A DNA stretch of 63,867 nucleotides, filler included, from Guillardia theta CCMP2712 (lineage: Eukaryota; Protista; Cryptophyta), in assembly GCF_000315625.1 (NCBI RefSeq). It is 3 parts of 3 records of this genome, joined end to end, with 100 filler letters (N's around TTAATTAATTAA, not from the genome) between each part and the next. Parts side by side here need not be neighbours in the genome. Positions count along the whole stretch, not along the records: positions 1 to 12,919 come from NW_005434306.1; 2 more parts are not named here. One strand, written 5' to 3'. The notes beneath the pieces are model-generated. The model was given only the letters and a program-made list of their open reading frames with translations. It did not search any database and was not told where the DNA came from. This document shows positions 1-12,807 of this stretch, one piece after another. Every line of letters begins with the position of its first letter. Position 1 is the first letter of the stretch. The position numbers and the translations under genes were made by a program.

Positions 1-1789
1 TGAGGTCTTGTCGAACGTTGGAGCATCCTAGTGGAAGCGAGTGAGTGAAGAAGAGGCAAGTCAGAGTTCTTGTGGGGAATGAGGAGAGGGGCTTGAGAGG
101 AGGAGGAGGAGGAGGAGGAGGAGGAGGAGGAGGAGGTGGTGGTGGTGGTGGTGGTGGTGGTGGAGGAGGAGGAGGAGGAGGAGGTGGTGGTGGTGGTGGT
201 GGAGGAGGAGGAGCAAAGGGTATGGGTGTACTTGATCTCCAGCGACATGAAGGCAGTGACAGACACATCGGACCAGGAGGTCTGCAGGAAGGCTAAGCAG
301 CTGCCGCAACCTCCTCTGTTCTCCTCTCCTCCCCTCTCTCACTTGTATCTAGACCCTCCACATTGATGCAGTCTTCCGGTAGATCGCAGCCGCTCTGCCA
401 TGGCAGCGTCAGGCTCCCACGTGAGGCGTCGAGCTGTTTGCCTGCCGCAGGGAGACAAGGAGGATTTCATCTGCTTCCTCGCGACTCATCGAGACCTGTA
501 CAGCTGTCAGACCAGCCTCCCCTGCCCCTTCCTTCTGATCCTGCCGCTGCTGCCGCTGCCGCTGCTGCTGCTGCTCTTCGCTACTGTGCATCTGCTCTGC
601 TGCCCTCTCCTGGAAAAGAATCTCTGGCATCCTGTCCTTCCCATGATCTGGTAAGATACATCTGACCTCCTTTCCTCCTCTCCTCCTCTCCTCCTCTCTC
701 CTGTCCTGCCCTGCCCTCTCCTCGCTCTCATTTCTGGTGACGTTCACATCAGGATCCGCACATCCGGTAGACCAGAGCCTGACACTGAGCGGCCGGGCCG
801 GGCCCGCCGGCCCGGGCCGCGTCACTACTTGCCAGTACACTGACCGTACGGAATGCCAGGCTGAGTGGCTGAGTGCCCGGCCGGACCTTTACTCAAAGTT
901 AAGTTAAAATCAGTACGAGGACAATCAGGAGAGTCGAGGAGGCTTGAGGCGAGTCTGACTGTGAAAGAAGGAGGACGAGCTCCGACTCTCTTTACAGAGC
1001 TCCGACTCCGGCCCGCCGGCCCGCCGGCCCGGTCACCGGGTCCGTATTCCCGGACGGTTACTAGTGACCTTGAACAGTCAAACATGTCAATCTTTTTTCT
1101 TGAGCAACCGCAGGGAGAAAATGATGGCGGAAGTTGGAAGAGGAGAGTAGAGGAGGACTAGAGTAGGAGAGTAGAGGAGGAGAGTAGAGGAGGACTAGAG
1201 TAGAGGAGGAGAGTAGAGGAGGAGAGTAGAGGAGGAGAGTAGAGGAGGAGAGTAGAGGAGGACTAGAGTAGAAGAGGAGAGTAGAGGAGGAGAGTAGAGG
1301 AGCCTGTAGAGGAGGAGAGTAGAGGAGGAGAGTAGAGGAGGACTAGAGGACTAGACTCAGAGTAGAGGAGGAGAGTTGCCAAGTTGAGGAGGACTAGAGT
1401 AGAGGAAGAGAGTAGATGAGGACTAAGACTCCTTTGTTTGACACCCTCCGAGAATCTGAGCACGAGAGGAGAGGAGCTGCGTTGGACTGCTGACGAAGTT
1501 TGCTAACTTACAGACACTAAGGAACCTTTTGAGAAGCCGAGGAATGAGCGTACTTACAGAGAGCTTGGCGGACAGAGAGAGGTCTGTTGAGAGAGGCGCT
1601 AGCCAGGGTCGTCATGCTCTCTTGGAGCAGGTGGATTGCGCATGCTCTCCATGTCAACAGCGTGACTACTCCTGGTCTACTCGGGTCAGTTCAGTCGCGC
1701 TGGGCTGACATCTTGACGCCTCTATGGCAGGATCGCAGCCTATCCGCAATACGAGAAGGCGCTCAAAGGAGGCTCGCGGAAGGAAGGTA

Positions 1790-1825
<36 letters not shown>

Positions 1826-1864
1826 CCTCCCTCCCTGCCTCCCTGCCTCCCTGCCTCCCTCCCC

Positions 1865-1909
<45 letters not shown>

Positions 1910-2600
1910 GTGGTGGTCTTCGTCTTTCTTCTTTTCACCTCCTCCCTCCAGGAAGGTTCTACTTCGACCCTCGAGTGTCGACGCAGAAAAGCGGTCCGTA
2001 TCCGGGGATAGATGGGGCGCCAGGTGAGGAGAGGAGAGGAGAGGAGAAGAGGAGGGGAGGGGAGGGGAGGGGAGGGGAGGGAAGAGGAGAGGAGAGGAGA
2101 GCAGAGGAGTGGAGAGGAGGAGCAGAGGAGGGGAGAGGAGAGGAGAGGAGAGGAGAGGAGAGGAGAGGAGAGGAGAGGAGAGGAGTGAGAGTGGGGAAGG
2201 AGATCAGTCTTGGTCGGTCACTACGAGAGTTTCAGATCTTAGCCTCCACAAGTATCCTGGCAGCGCAAAACAGTTTCGAAGCTACTCGGATATCAAGAAC
2301 GACAAGTCGTGACCTGCATCGCCCATACCAGCCATGCAAGTTTGACCTCCTCCTGCTGCAGAACCATGCACGTCCGACCCAAGAAGGGCCCTGTGGATCT
2401 CTTCATCCAGCCGGTGCTTGCTCTTTGCTTCTCCTCAGCCACAGCTGACTCTCCCTGCTCTGTAGAACACTGCCAGCCAGTACATCGGGTGGAAGGTTCT
2501 CGACTCTAGCCTGTCAGTGTAGCAGTTGGAGGCGTCAGTGTTGTTCGTTTGACCCCTTTGGTGACTTTAGATACGTGAAAGACATCTACGACCCCGTCAC
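1..2600 (-). CDS. Fragments of a multi-exon gene of unknown function (approximate extent, runs off window start)
   Basis: Short non-repetitive minus-strand segments, some with splice-like GT/AG flanks (e.g. ...GKQLDASRGSLTLPWQSGCDLPEDCINVEGLDT at ~343-452; AFLQTSWSDVSVTAFMSLEIKYTH at ~220-295), separated by microsatellite-rich introns. No domain recognised. Confidence 0.3.
886..916 (+). repeat. 31-bp sequence CCTTTACTCAAAGTTAAGTTAAAATCAGTAC, exact inverted copy of 3197-3227
   Basis: Direct comparison: reverse complement of 3197-3227 is identical. Confidence 0.95.
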
Positions 2601-3196
2601 TAACTACACCGGTGAACTCTCCCTTCTCCTTTCTCCCCAGCTCTCTACCCACAGCTCTCCTCCCTAGCTGCTGCTGTGCTGTTTCTGACGGTCCGACCGT
2701 ACGGTCTCGTTCTCAGGGCTGTACAAGCCCAAGATGGGATCGCGAGAGACGAAGTATGCTGAGAGTTTAATCCTCGGGCCAAGGGCGATCTAGGGGGCCG
2801 GGGGACCGTGACGTGACTGACTGATGCCACTCAAGATACTAAAAATCGATATCAGTGCGATCCTACTACAGTACGTCTGTCATCGCACCGTGGCCTACGC
2901 CCGGCCGTGCCGGACGCCGTTGCCGCGGGCCCGGTCACCGATGTCCGGTCGCTGCCAGTGCACGCGTACGGTCACCCGGGGGCCCGGTATTATTAGGCAG
3001 ACCACGGCGGCAGGGTGGGCCCGACGGCCCTCCGAGTACCGTGACGGTTCACGGTTTTCCCGGCGACGGCCGGGCCCCGGCGGTGCGACAGAGAGAGACT
3101 GAGAGAGCCGCTGAGCCGCCGGCCGGGCTTTTGAAAGACTCGTAGTAAAATTGAAACTCAAGTTGAAAAGGCAAGTTATAAAAGCAGTACTGAGGG

Positions 3197-4880
3197 GTAC
3201 TGATTTTAACTTAACTTTGAGTAAAGGGATTGACTACTGAGGACTATTCCGACCTTCAAGGTCTATTAGAGCACCCGCGATGATGGCAGCGTAGGACAGG
3301 GAGGCCTTGAGCTGACGGAAGATCCTGGACCGAATGCGTTTGCAAGTCGGATCACCTGAGACGTCTTGCGAGGCCGAGAGACCATCCAGCGCTGCCGTTT
3401 CCTTGTTCGCCGAGCGATCCGCCAGCCACCACAGAAAGCGCAATGCATCATCCTGCAAGAGTCCATCAGTGCTGGCGATGATGGGAAGAAAGCCCTTTGG
3501 CGGGACGTGCAGAGCATATGCATTACGGTGCCCTCGGATCTTCCTCTGTGCTGCTGCTTGCAGTTTACTCCGAGCCAGGTCCGGTATCCCATCATTGTCA
3601 AAAACATGTGACATGCTGAAGTCCAGGATTAACCCATGCCATCGGCCTGTAGTAGCCTGCAATTGCGGAAGTTCAAAATCCCCTACGTGATGATCGTCAG
3701 GGCCATGCTGGGAAATGTTCCGCCTGGTGCCGGGAACGCCTTGCACGTGGACGCGACATCTCACTCCTGAATCTTTGATGAGGGTACTGAGGGCGGCATT
3801 GCACTTCTCATGCGCATCCGTCCATAACGGGCTGCGGTGCCTGCAGGTTGCCATGTGTGTGGCCCCCCCAGGTGCGGGTTTTTCTCTTCTCGGCGCCGTT
3901 TGGCCTCGGGCCTGTGCGATCGGACCGCTACTACGGAAAGGTCGGAAGAGAGGGCACTGAATTAAAACCAACGATGGGAGGTACACGATGGGGGAGCTGG
4001 ATTGTTGTATCCATGCTCAGGATGCAAGCCTGATGTACCATCATCTTTGCGCGAATGAGTATTTAGAATCGGAAGGATACAACGCCTGTGAATGTTGGCA
4101 ACGTGGGGAAACAGCGATTTCCTCAATTTCTTAGGATAAGCTTGCATCCCTCGCAAGAAGTCATCTCGAGGGATCTGATCATGGCGCAATACGCTATGTG
4201 TTGATGTGCGAAACTGACAATTTTCAGGTCATCCCCACTATCTTCGTGGCTCTTTATGTTACATGGAACTTGTACAGTGATGGACTAACTCTTTCTCGAG
4301 AGCTCTTCCTTACGTCAATTGTAAAACGATTTCAAGTGCCACGGAATAGCACGACAACAATTTGGCCAGACCAATACATCAAGAATTTCGCCAAGTCACC
4401 TGATGATGACTTCATCAAACAGAAGCCGAGCTTCATACACTCTCTGCCCACTTGCAGAGATTTGTCATTTTTCGTGCTTTCTTCACGTTCTGCGCATGAG
4501 AGTGAACAATCCAACTCGTTTACTGCATCGTCAATCAAGATCTTGCAACCGTGCACTTGCTCAGATGTAACTCGTCGAGCTCGAACAGGAAACCTTCGTT
4601 CCGGACCAGGTCTCTTCATATGATCAACTTGCTGATCTCTCACCAAGATCATTCCATTTCTGCTTGTTTGTCGCAATGCAATGGCCATTATCGGCTGGCA
4701 AGCATCCGGGGGGTTGAATACCGCTGAGATCGAAAACGTTGTTGTTGTTGTTTTATGCTTCAGGGAACCCCATTCAGACACTTGTGGCCGCAGGGCGCAC
4801 TCTGCATGACATGCTGGTGCTATGACATTGAGAATCGTCGGGTTAGCGCGACACTCCAGGTCAAACAACCCAAGCAGAGA
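3197..4880 (-). mobile_element. Degenerate non-LTR retrotransposon 3' part with restriction-like endonuclease (CRE/R2-like)
   Basis: ORF 3234..3986(-) has HMATC (end of a CCHC knuckle), AHE, GD...LILD..SH, AAQRK and FLPIIASTDG, matching the RLE C-terminus of CRE/R2-type elements. Upstream frames (3962-4868) are broken and no RT domain is seen. A short 3' UTR ends in the 31-bp repeat. Confidence 0.6.
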
Positions 4881-5285
4881 GTGCGATGGATCGTGGTGAT
4901 GTACTAAGACTTAGAGCGGTGAACGAACCCAACCAGAATCATCTCCTCACTAGTATTCGTTATGTTGCTTTGACAAGACTAAAGGAGAAACGGCTCACGG
5001 TCGTCGCCTGCTTGCTCCCGTTGCAAGCTTCTTCGTTCCGAGTCCCCTCCCGCCCTTCCCCTCCCGATCTAGACTTCCTCTCCCTTGCAAGCTTCTTTGT
5101 TCCAAATGTCACCTCTCCCATCTTCTCTTCACCGGATCGATACGACACAGGCATTCGGAATATAAATACGTTCCTTCAATTTGTTCGGAGAGACATCATA
5201 ATGCCAATCAAATACAGAATACATGTAATCTGCAACTTTGTCGGATATCCATGAATCAGATGGCTGCCATGCAGATCGTATGGTA

Positions 5286-8200
5286 TCATTCCAAAGACAC
5301 CTCAATTCCACTGTCAAGTCTCCCCGTCGCCTCAGGTGCATTGCTTTCTGTCACAAGGCGCGCTGAACCGCAGAATGGTTCTGTTTTCAATCCAATCTCC
5401 ACTATGATTAGCACTCTTTTACGCGTACCCGTCTGAGCCTTGCCTCCCTCGTTACCGCGTTTCCTCCTCTTGAATTCTGGTTCGACAATTGACGGGACTG
5501 TGGCAAACCATTTTCTACCTGCCCTCAAATGCAAGACCAGCCATTCAGTGTTGGAGGTTCTTGGCACCACAAATCTTTTGCGAGCTTTTTTTGATAACGC
5601 CGATACCATGCACAGGTTGACATCCAGATCCTGTGACACTAGCCCTGAAAGGACGTCGAACAAGTATTTCGGGGCAAGAGGAGAGGATAAGTTCTTGAAC
5701 TCCGCTCCACCCTTCCACCTCTGCTTGTTTGCACAAGTCGGCCCTGCGAATGTGCCATCCCTGCCCTGTACATCTTTGTTACGTGTATAAAAGCCCAAGA
5801 TAGCGGACAGGGAATGATCCTGCTCGCTCTCCTTGACAGGGACAAGGTTGCTCACGCACGAGGTTAGCATCTCTGCAAAGATTTCCTTGTTTGGAATAGA
5901 AGCAAGAATACCGTTCACACTTCTCTCGTCTGTTATACCGCAATGAAAAGCGATTCGCTTCAGAAGGTTCTGAGGACGAGACCAGCTGCTGATCATCATG
6001 ACCACTGCCCCAAACGACTCCAGGAGATTCCCGTCTCGCTTCCACGCATCCAAACTCAGAGGATCATGTCCCAACGACTGATTCTTGTGAATCATCTGCA
6101 AGACCGCAAGCGCTGACTCATTAGAGAAAGGTCTCCCACCTCCTGCACAAACAGCTGTCGTTATGGGATCGAGCACTGCAGGAGGAAACCTCGAAGTTAT
6201 CTCGGAAAGCATGGTGCCTTCCATCCACGGATTCTCGTGCTTTATACTGACCTCCACGATTGATTCGTCACTGTCACGGGCTGGCGGATCCTCCATTTTC
6301 CATATATTCAGCTGAGCAAACCCCTGGGAGATATGCAGCTGAGAGACGGCTTCATGTGCAGCAATCTGAAACATGCAGTATTTTGACTCTACCCTCCAAT
6401 TCGGTTTGCGCGCCCTGACTGTATTATGGACCAATAATGATATCCGTCGGAGAACTACATGTGCTTCGGCGTTCATATATCGGGAGTCTTTCAGGACCTC
6501 AGTCACAAAAAGGTCGCAGATCATTGGATTGACGCAGTCCAGTAGCTTGGGTACCAGTGCCTCCCCGAAAATCCTGTTCAGGGCCTTTTGAGCTCTCTTT
6601 GACGGCAAGATATATGGAGGAAGAGAGCGATGTGTCAAGCAGAGCATTATTCGACCAGCCTCGCGACTGTGTTCAGACACTCGCGCATCCTGTACGAAAT
6701 TCATGACCAGAGTGTTGGTCCCCAACATGATGCAGTTGATTCCAGAGTTGGTCAATAACCTTTTCAAGAACACGAGCTTTGCGATTATTGAGAAAAAGCG
6801 AGCATCGTCTTTCCGAGGAGGAATCACCTCGTCCACAAGCACCCAACGCGTTTTCCACTCAGCTGCCTCTTCTATAGAAACGGGGGCGATGGTGGTCAAC
6901 TCATCCCACAGCCAGCCAAGGACTCCCAGCACATGCCACCTGCTTGGTTGTCCGGTGCTGAAATTGAAATTCAATGCGGTCAGAGGATCTGTTTTCTTCA
7001 TCGACCCGACATACTGCCTTGTCAAGATGCTAAGATCGCACTCTAATGCCTTGCTCATCAGTTGCGTGATCAACTGCAAGTTCTGGTAGATGGGTTGCAC
7101 TTGGTATGTCTGGTCCCCTTCTACAGGGTTGAAGAGAAACAAAATGCTGTCATCTACATTCCGAACAAAGTAATCGGCAGCGCAAAGAGACTTTCCACTC
7201 CCAGAGCAAGCTTCTACTAAGCAGACGTAAGTTTCCTTATCGTTTCGCGCTTTCATGACCAGTTTGTTGATTGGGTTCAAATCACTGAATTGCTTGCTTG
7301 GTTGTACCCATGATGATGTTGGCTTCCATCCTCCATCAAGGCTCTCTTTCAAGCCTTTCCTCAACTTCTTCGCCATTTGTTTTACGTTGACTTTAGCGGC
7401 CATTTTACACAGAACTGCACCAAACGCAGTCAGGGTATTCAACTCCGGGCCAGCATAAAGGCTCACCTGAAAGGAACTTGCCTGCGCCATCACACTGGTG
7501 TGAGATCAGAGCATACCTTGCAACCTCGAGCTCCCTGCTAAGTCGAGCAGCATCTTCCCCTGTTGCATTTCTGAGCAATTCACTCACAGTTGCCACAGAG
7601 AGATTGAGATTCGCCTCCGTCAAATTTCTTTTAGCATGCGCCAACTCCTCGTCGCCTTCAAACTTGGCTAGCTTAAGCTCATCTTTACTCAGCTGCACTT
7701 GTGCCTCCGCTGTCTTCTTGTCGTTGCCTTCAAACTTGGCTAGCTTAAGCTCCTCTTTACTCAGCTGCACTTGTGCCTCCGCAGTCTTCTTCTTGTTGCC
7801 TTCAAACTTGGCTAGCTTAAGCTCATCTTTACTCAGCTGCACTTGTGCCTCCGCTGTCTTCTTGTCGTCGCCTTCAAGCTCGGCTAGCTTAAGCTCATCT
7901 TTACTCAGCTGCACTTGTGCCTCCGCTGTCTTCTTCTTGTTGCCTTCAAGCTCGGCTAGCTTAAGCTCATCTTTACTCAGCCGCACTTGTGCCTCCGCTG
8001 TCTTCTTCTTGTCGTCTTCAAGCTCGGCTAGCCTAAGCTGCTCTTTTCTCAGCCGCACTTGTGCCTCCGCTGTCTTCTTCTTGTCGCCTTCAAGCTCGGC
8101 TAGCCTAAGCTGCTCTTTTCTCAGCCGCACTTGTGCCTCCGCTCTCTTCTTGTCGCCTTCAAGCTCACTGTCAGCTCCCTTGAGCACAGTCAGATCGTGC

Positions 8201-8346
8201 TCTGCCTCCCTCAGCCGGACTAGAGCCCGTGCCTTTTCAACATCGCCCGACTTGGCAAAGAACTCCTGCTGTGCCTGAGCGACTTTCGCAAGTGCCTGGG
8301 CAAGGTAGTCGGGACGGTTCGAGTCTCGGCCAGATCTTTGTTCCAT
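5286..8346 (-). CDS. Crinkler/RHS-like protein: 24-aa repeat/coiled-coil N-terminus + P-loop NTPase + C-terminal PD-(D/E)XK nuclease-like domain (~1005 aa if spliced)
   Basis: ORF 5286..7493 has a Walker A-like motif (EACSGSGKS), Walker B (VLVDE) and a C-terminal RDG...EFK motif. ORF 7405..8346 supplies the ATG and repeats. A 43-nt phase-0 intron GTTGCA...GCGCAG (7524-7482) joins them in frame. Confidence 0.7.
7650..8165 (-). repeat. 72-bp coding tandem repeat, ~7 copies (EG[D/N]KKKTAEAQV[R/Q]L[R/S]K..L.LA..)
   Basis: Period of 72 nt visible (e.g. TTCAAACTTGGCTAGCTTAAGCTC at 7657, 7729, 7801). Confidence 0.9.
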
Positions 8347-8354
8347 CTCTCAGA

Positions 8355-8767
8355 ACAACCAAGAAAGGCAGATCACAGTCTGACAACCAAGAAAGGCAGA
8401 TCACAGTCTGACAACCAAGAAAGACAGATCACAGTCTGACAACCAAGAAAGACAGATCACAGTCTGACAACCAAGAAAGACAGATCACAGTCTGGCAACC
8501 AAGAAAGACAGATCACAGTCTGACAACCAAGAAAGACAGATCACAGTCTGACAACCAAGAAAGACAGATCACAGTCTGACAACCAAGAAAGACAGATCAC
8601 AGTCTGGCAACCAAGAAAGACAGATCACAGTCTGACAACCAAGAAAGACAGATCACAGTCTGACAACCAAGAAAGGCAGATCACAGTCTGACAACCAAGA
8701 AAGACAGATCACAGTCTGACAACCAAGAAAGACAGATCACAGTCTGGCAACCAAGAAAGGCAGATCA
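8355..8767. repeat. 28-bp tandem array ACAACCAAGAAAG(A/G)CAGATCACAGTCTG, ~14.7 copies
   Basis: Near-perfect head-to-tail units without spacers, beginning 9 bp upstream of the ATG at 8346. Confidence 0.95.
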
Positions 8768-11195
8768 TTCTGCTTTATTTTATTAACTGAAAAAGATCAT
8801 AGTCTTGGGTTGAGTATAAACAGAGAAGTAGTGCTGCACCCCAGAATTTACCATGAGAGGATGGGGTAGTCTACTAACTAATTTGTAAAGCCTTCTTATT
8901 ATGGTACAATTTTATAAAACAATTTTAAAGCTTTTTTCATAAAATTTAAAACTTTTTTTTATAAATTCTTTAAAACTTTTTATAAAATTAAAAAGCATCC
9001 GCCATGAGCCTCCCTTGTTCGGGGCACGTCGCACCGCTCTGTACTGCCCTAACCATGACTCGCGAACAGCGAGCCCGCAGCAGCATGTGCAGACATCAGA
9101 TGTTCACCGAACATCATCATGGGAAATTCCTGAGGTGTAGAGATGATGATTCTTGAGGAGTGCTTCGTACCGTGTGTGAATCTCACGAAAAATCGTTTGG
9201 TAATCGAAGAGCATCAATAATACAAGTGAAAACCACCATCACAGGGATACATTGCAATCGAAACCGGAGCGTAAAATACCCTAAGCTATCTGCGATGCAT
9301 GACAGGGAAACTGAGTTGGAGTAGATAGACGGAGACTACACACAAGACGACAGGGAATCATCATCTGACGGTGACTGGAATGTTAAAAAAGCCGAACAGT
9401 CACCAGTGAGCTCAAGAACACATGTCTTCACGACGATGTCTGATAGGTTCGCAAGAAATACAGTGCATTTTAGCAGTGAGCTGCTCGATTGCTTGAAACC
9501 ACGATGATCCACAGCACTATCGAACGATAACAAGCAAGTCCAGTGGTTCGTGAAGGGTTCCTCATACGTTTTCAAGAATGTGTTGGAACGATGAAACATG
9601 TTGCAAATCACCAAGGTCTATGCCATTTGATCACATGATGCATCATGTAAATATTACTGGTGTGAACTTTTTCAGATTGTGTCTTCATCAATGAGCCGCT
9701 GCCAAGCAGATGATACGGTCACAGCAAACATGAGCACTTTGAAGATGCTGAAATTCCAGGCCATACAGCATTTATGATGTGGCCACATGTCACATTCTTC
9801 GTGGTTAACACAGATACAGCTTCGCCAGGCACAAGATGGAACGTCGTCAGGATGACAAGGAGGTCGCTTGTGCTTTTACCCTGATGATTGAAACGCTTAT
9901 AATAAAGATATGATAACCTGAATGTGTAATGCTGTTTATTGATTCACAGTGTTTGTGGTCCGTTTACAATCATCGAGTGCTTGCTCTGTTGAACAAGGCA
10001 CTCCTCTGTAGAGCCAAATGCGACAAGAACTCTACGGTTGCATGGTAGCATTGCGAACTGTCCAAACAAGGCAGGATTGATTCGAAGAACATCTCATTTA
10101 TTGATACTAAAATTCATCTGCACATTGTTTCATTTCTGATTAGGTTTCTGCAGCGTTGTGGAAATGTCATGATACAGGAAGAAGTTGCAGTGCAGAAAAA
10201 TCATCCAACGTCATGAAACATGGAAACGCAATGGTCAATGCACTTGATCATGGATATAGTGATTCATGATCAACTACGATTCTTTAAAGTCATCTATTCT
10301 GGCAGGTAGAGAAATCCTTTGTGCAACCGTCTTTTCATGCATCGTTGAACGGTTGAGTACATTTTAAAGGCTTTTCTCTATAGAAAAGTGAGGTGCATGA
10401 ATCCTGACCGTAAGACTAGAAAGAATTGAAAGTGAGTGATGACATGAGAACACATATCTAGACAGCAAGTCGTATAAGGTACAGCTGGATACAAATTTCT
10501 CACAAATCATGCATTCGAGCTCAACGTGCAACCTACGGCAATCTGAAAGAAGGGTCAATCAGAGTTGATTCTGTTCAATGGTGCATCCATTTTTAGTTGC
10601 TTACCTGTTCATGAAAATTTAATCTTGTCTTCAAAGAATATTTGCAAGTACACTCGCGGATTGTTTGAACCAAGGGTGCATATTCCAGTACACGATGGAT
10701 GATTCAAACCTTGGCCCAACCAGCAGAGTTGAGAAAGAAGCTCGATCATCTCTTACAGGTATGATATGAGATCTTCATCTCATTCCTATCTCAGTTGGGT
10801 TGGATTCGAAGTATCTCATTATCAAGGTTCATCCTCGCGAGTCAGGAAGGCACCATTTCATCGCCTCTTGCTCGTCCATGGAGAAGCTTGGGGAATGAGA
10901 AAAGGGGGCTACCCCCCACCCCGTATCGCAAAGTTTCAAACTGTTTCAAAGGTGGGTAGTTGAGGGTGCTCCACCCCCACCCCACCCCCAAACGATACTC
11001 AAACGGAGGGGTTCTCGGAAGTCGAAGTTCCGACCAGTTTGGCCCTCGTGACTCCGGGTGTCCAAGCAACCAAATTCAACTTGCAAATCACCCTACCCCT
11101 CTTTCAGTTTGGCCCTGCCGCCGGCCGGGCACAGCAACTTCCCGCGGCCGCCGGTTGTCACGGAACCGATTTTCAAGTTGACGGAGCGCATGCCA

Positions 11196-12013
11196 GCCGT
11201 GCCAGTCAGATAGCGCCGAGTTGACAAAGACTCTCCTGTAAACCAAGACGACCTTAAGTTACGTGGCAGGTGATGGATTGTATGCTGTAGCGAAGTAAAG
11301 AGCAGGTTGGTGATCGACTTGACTTCAAGGATCAGTAAGTATTTACGAAGTAGAATAGAGGAATAGAATAATGAATGAAGCTAGGTAAGGATAGAGTTTC
11401 GAGAGCCTGAGAGAGGATAAGGAAGGAGAGAAGGAGACAGAAGAGGAAGAGGAAGAGGGGGAAGGAGAGAGAAGAGGAAGAGAGAGTGTTCACCAGGGGT
11501 ACAGTCCACTCCATCCCATTGCAGCGAACAGTCGTAATAGAACGTTCGGCGACGATTCCATCGGACCGGAACCGTTCCAGTACAGTTACATTCTCTCACT
11601 GCCGTTTTCCGAAGTTCTGGCCAAGTCTGGGCTCTGATTGGGAGTCCTGGCAAGTCACTCAATCCTTCAGGGATAGGAAATTGGCCTACTACACCTGTTT
11701 AGTTAGATTCATGTGTTGATAAGGCCAAGAGGTTTTGTCATGAGGTCAAAGGATTTCTGATTAGCCTGCCATGATGATCAGTGTACAACAGTCTGTAGTG
11801 CAAGACTGTTGTTCGAAGTTCATGGCTTGGTTCTGTTCTGGTCTGGTTTCGTGTGCATTAAACTCGGTCTTGAGCAAAAACTGTCACAGTGTTGTCATTA
11901 AGGTCAATATGCCATGATACTGATGATCTGCATTACTTCAGGCCGTGCCAGTCAGATAGCGCCGAGTTAACAAAACTCTCCTGTAAACCAAGACGACCTT
12001 GTGACGTGGCAGG
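11196..12013. repeat. ~75-bp direct repeat pair (11196-11270 and 11942-12013)
   Basis: GCCGTGCCAGTCAGATAGCGCCGAGTT..CTCTCCTGTAAACCAAGACGACCTT..ACGTGGCAGG is present twice. Confidence 0.9.
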
Positions 12014-12189
12014 GCGGGAATGTAGCACACGTGACGAAGTAGCCGCCTTGCTGACTCTGAGAGGTGCTAGGATGATGAAACCTAGGCATGACTCAGTACA
12101 AGTCTGACAAACTTGTACTAGTGTAGTCCGTCAATCGGACACTGAATCGGAACATTGAATTCTGCCCTCGGAGTTTGCTATCATGAGTC

Positions 12190-12776
12190 AAGTTGGAATT
12201 AGTCCTTGAAATTTCTGTCCCACCCCAGGATGGGAGAAGAAAATGAGGCGGACTTGGTACTTGTTCACAAGGCATACAAAGGAAATGCAGGAGGGAAGGG
12301 GGGGGGGAGAGAGAGAGAGGAGGGAGAGGAGGGAGAGGAGGGGGAGAGAGAGGAGGATGAGCGAGAGAGGTTGAGGAAGGTGGGGCGAAGCGGGGAGGGA
12401 AGAAGAAGAAGCGACATATGACGCCTCCAACTGCAGGATGAAAGAAGAAACCAAGTGAGCAAAGTAGCTGGAGAAACGAGGCGATGCCGCATGACGATGT
12501 TGTTCTTGGAGTGAGTCACTTGTAGCATGCCTGCTGTTTGTAATGATTCTCCTGCTCCTACTCCTGCTCCTGTTCGTGGTCCTACTCCTGCTCCTTCTGC
12601 TCCTCCACTAGGTCATCGCAGCCATTGGCTCTCCCTTCGTCCTCTCCTTCGGTCTCCTCTTGTGGGAAAAGTGGACCGGGAGTGCTATCCTCCTCAACGC
12701 GGTGAGATGATGCTGGTGCTGGTGCTGGTGCTGGTGGTGGTGGTGGTGGTGGTGGTGGTGGTGGTGGTGGTGGTGG

Positions 12777-12807
<31 letters not shown>

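Noticed and set aside
886-3227. A 2.3-kb TIR DNA transposon bounded by the 31-bp inverted repeats
   Set aside because: No transposase or target-site duplication is seen and the interior looks like host exons and introns. One copy is better explained as the retroelement's 3' end.
8355-8767. 28-bp repeat array as a CRISPR array
   Set aside because: Units are contiguous with no unique spacers, no cas genes are present, and the context is eukaryotic.
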